Source: a virus
Taxonomy: Duplodnaviria; Caudoviricetes
Virus record (IMG/VR): IMGVR_UViG_3300020718_000030
Coordinates: 1-35,171 of that record
DNA: 35,171 bases
Direction: 5' to 3' (one strand)
The translations under genes were made by a program, and so were the position numbers. Each line of letters opens with the position of its first letter. Position 1 is the stretch's first letter. The notes under the pieces are model-generated. The model worked only from the letters and a program-made list of their open reading frames with translations. It had not been told where the DNA came from and did no database searches. Of the stretch, positions 32,853 to 35,171 are shown in pieces.

Positions 32853-34850
32853 ATGCCATTACAAAAACTACAATTCCGCCCAGGTATTAACCGTGAAGGT
32901 ACTACCCTTGCCAACGAAGGTGGTTGGTTCCAAGGGGATATGGTGCGTTTCCGTTCAGGTCAGGTTGAGAAAATGGGTGGTTGGACTCTTGACTCCGGTA
33001 AAGTATCTAGTGGTGGTCCATATGTTGGCGTTGCTCGCTCTATGCTTTTATGGAATGGTATCGGCGGTCAAAACTACCTTGGCTTAGGCACCAATCAAAA
33101 GTTCTATATCCAGAATGGTACAGGTGGTTCTTTATATGATGTAACCCCCTACCGTGCAGTTATATCGTCTCCTAGCGCTTCTTTTGCTGCTTCTAATGGG
33201 TCTACTACTATTACAGTAACCCAAGCAGGTAACGGTGTACAGGTGGGTGACTATGTTATTTTTAGCGGGGCTGCAAGTCTTGGCGGTAATATTACTGCAG
33301 CTATTTTAAATAGAACTCAAGGGTTTGTAGTAACAGCAGTAACCAGCACATCTGTATATACAATCACATCCCCCGTTGCAGCTAATGCAAGCGATACGGG
33401 TACTGGCGGTGGCGCTGTAACTGCCTCATACCAAATCCCCCCAGGCAATGAAGTTAATACCCCTGCAGTAGGTTGGGGTGCTGGTGGCTGGGGCGGTGTA
33501 AACCCCGGTTATCCTAATACTGGTTGGGGTCAAGCAGCTCCAGCAGGTCTTGGTGTAGTTGAAGCTTTACGTTTATGGAGTCAATCTAACTATGGTCAGA
33601 ACCTAGTATTTAACTACCGTGGTGGTCCAATTTATTACTGGGTAGTAGGCGCTAACCCTAATATCTTTAACGTAGCCCAAGTGTTATCTAAGAGCAATTC
33701 AAATACTCAAGATGGTACTCAATACTGGTTAACAGATAATTCTTGCCCTACTAAAGCTAACTATGTAATGGTATCGGATGCGTCTCGATTTGTAATTGCT
33801 TTTGGTACAGATACCTATGGCGATGGTGTACAAAACCCTATGCTAGTAAGCTGGTCAGATCAGGAAAGCCCTACAACTTGGACCCCTAACGTTACTAACC
33901 AGGCAGGTAACTTCACGCTTAGCCGTGGGTCACAAATTATTTCTGCTAGACAGAACAGGCAAGAGATTGTAGTTTGGACTGATTCTGCTATCTATTCTAT
34001 GCAGTACCTAGGACCCCCCTATGTTTGGGGCTTTAACTTGATGATGGATAACATCTCCATTATTGGGCCTAATACTACAGCAATCGCTAATAACGTCGTG
34101 TACTGGATGGGTTACGACAAGTTCTACATGTATTCTGGTACAGTACAAACCCTACCTTGCACCTTGCGGGAATATGTATTCCAAGATATTAATACTACCC
34201 AGTCTGGTCAATTCTTTGCAGGTACTAATGAAGGCTTTAATGAAGTCTGGTGGTTCTACTGCTCAGCAAATAGCCAAGTTATTGACCGCTATGTTATCTA
34301 CAACTACCTTGAGCAGATTTGGTATTACGGTAATATGACCCGCACTGCTTGGTACGATAGTCCATTACGTTCTTATCCTATGGCTGCTGGCTACAATACT
34401 CCTGGCTCAAACCCAGTTGTGTTAAATCCTAGCTTAATTTACCATGAGAACGGTGTGGATAACGGCACTACTAACCCGCCTACACCTATAGTTTCCTATA
34501 TTCAGTCTTCTGATTTTGATATTGGAGACGGTTCTAACTTTGGTTTTGTATGGCGTATGATTCCCGACGTTAGTTTTAATGGTTCTACATCTATTACGCC
34601 TAGCGTTAATTTTACAATGCTACCAAGGCAGAATCCAGGTTCAGGGTATGGCTATGACGATAACCCACAGGTATCAGCTACTCAGTCTTATCAAAACCAA
34701 AATACCTATAATATTCAACAGTTTACGCAATATGCCTATTGTAGAATGCGTGGCCGCCAAATGGCGCTTGTAGTGAGTTCTAACCAATTAGGGGTTCAAT
34801 GGCAGCTAGGTAACCCTCGCTTAGAAGTACGCCCTGATGGACGAAGATAA
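32853..34850 (+). CDS. Putative tail nozzle/stabilisation protein (P22 gp10 / T7 gp12-like beta-propeller)
   Basis: 665 aa with beta-propeller-like repeats (VSWSDQES, EVWWFY, YNYLEQIWY); ends RGRQM...RPDGRR. Confidence 0.65.
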   Translation: MPLQKLQFRPGINREGTTLANEGGWFQGDMVRFRSGQVEKMGGWTLDSGKVSSGGPYVGVARSMLLWNGIGGQNYLGLGTNQKFYIQNGTGGSLYDVTPYRAVISSPSASFAASNGSTTITVTQAGNGVQVGDYVIFSGAASLGGNITAAILNRTQGFVVTAVTSTSVYTITSPVAANASDTGTGGGAVTASYQIPPGNEVNTPAVGWGAGGWGGVNPGYPNTGWGQAAPAGLGVVEALRLWSQSNYGQNLVFNYRGGPIYYWVVGANPNIFNVAQVLSKSNSNTQDGTQYWLTDNSCPTKANYVMVSDASRFVIAFGTDTYGDGVQNPMLVSWSDQESPTTWTPNVTNQAGNFTLSRGSQIISARQNRQEIVVWTDSAIYSMQYLGPPYVWGFNLMMDNISIIGPNTTAIANNVVYWMGYDKFYMYSGTVQTLPCTLREYVFQDINTTQSGQFFAGTNEGFNEVWWFYCSANSQVIDRYVIYNYLEQIWYYGNMTRTAWYDSPLRSYPMAAGYNTPGSNPVVLNPSLIYHENGVDNGTTNPPTPIVSYIQSSDFDIGDGSNFGFVWRMIPDVSFNGSTSITPSVNFTMLPRQNPGSGYGYDDNPQVSATQSYQNQNTYNIQQFTQYAYCRMRGRQMALVVSSNQLGVQWQLGNPRLEVRPDGRR

Positions 34851-35128
34851 TGGCTAATCAAAACATTATTGCACCAAACCTTCCTGTAGCGCCCGTAGAA
34901 TATAACAAGGCGTTTATGGACCAGCTTTTGAAGATTTTACAGCTTTACTTCACAGGCATCGACAACAATGGACCTTTACAAGGGACAGTGTTAAACTTAT
35001 CAACAATTAATCAAGTTACTGGGAAACAGGCTATTATTCTGCCAACACAGACATCTTTAGCTAATCTACGTACTGGGGATGTCTATTATGATACCAGTGC
35101 CGGTAATGTATTGAAAATTAAGACTTAA
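34850..35128 (+). CDS. Conserved hypothetical tail-region protein
   Basis: APNLPVAPVEY...ILQLYF; TAATG-coupled. Confidence 0.7.
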   Translation: MANQNIIAPNLPVAPVEYNKAFMDQLLKILQLYFTGIDNNGPLQGTVLNLSTINQVTGKQAIILPTQTSLANLRTGDVYYDTSAGNVLKIKT

Positions 35129-35139
35129 AGGAATATATT

Positions 35140-35171
35140 ATGAGCGGTGGCGGAGGCGGTGGTATTGGCGG
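35140..35171 (+). CDS. Start of a Gly-rich ORF, truncated by the window edge
   Basis: SD AAGGA followed by ATG AGC GGT GGC GGA GGC GGT GGT. Confidence 0.5.
   Translation, partial: MSGGGGGGIG

Noticed and set aside
5287-34773. Numerous alternative-frame and antisense ORFs within late genes (e.g. 6247-6609, 13158-13619, 28515-28931)
   Set aside because: They overlap long, motif-supported genes and lack SDs or recognisable features; only the nested Rz1 has independent support.
1-35171. Stop-codon reassignment, introns or inteins
   Set aside because: Genes tile densely under the standard code, and TerL, portal and major capsid appear uninterrupted.

Overview
A 35-kb segment of a tailed dsDNA bacteriophage genome (Caudoviricetes, podovirus-like morphogenesis layout). 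The host is Gram-negative, shown by the Rz/Rz1 spanin pair; a betaproteobacterial host is only inferred from an rrn-like boxA variant. Positions 1-4.44 kb are a minus-strand early region: small hypothetical genes, three near-consensus sigma70 promoters, a ~475-nt structured leader with a boxA, an RHH regulator and six copies of a 15-bp palindrome. Positions 4.44-5.34 kb are a divergent non-coding region packed with duplicated palindromes plus a stand-alone 42-aa gene. Positions 5.3-35 kb are the plus-strand late region: TerS, TerL, portal, GroES-like co-chaperonin, scaffold, decoration protein and major capsid. After these come an inverted GNAT+HNH insert, a candidate pseudoknotted leader RNA, a cluster of small Lys/Gly-rich KKGG proteins, and adaptor and tail genes. 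A variable tail-fibre cassette ends in a heme oxygenase plus a PcyX-like bilin reductase. The window closes with an S74-chaperone tail fibre, the lysis genes (holin, Rz, nested Rz1, GH19 endolysin) and a tail nozzle-like protein. No tRNA, integrase, CRISPR array or reverse transcriptase is seen. All product calls come from motif recognition and synteny, not database searches.
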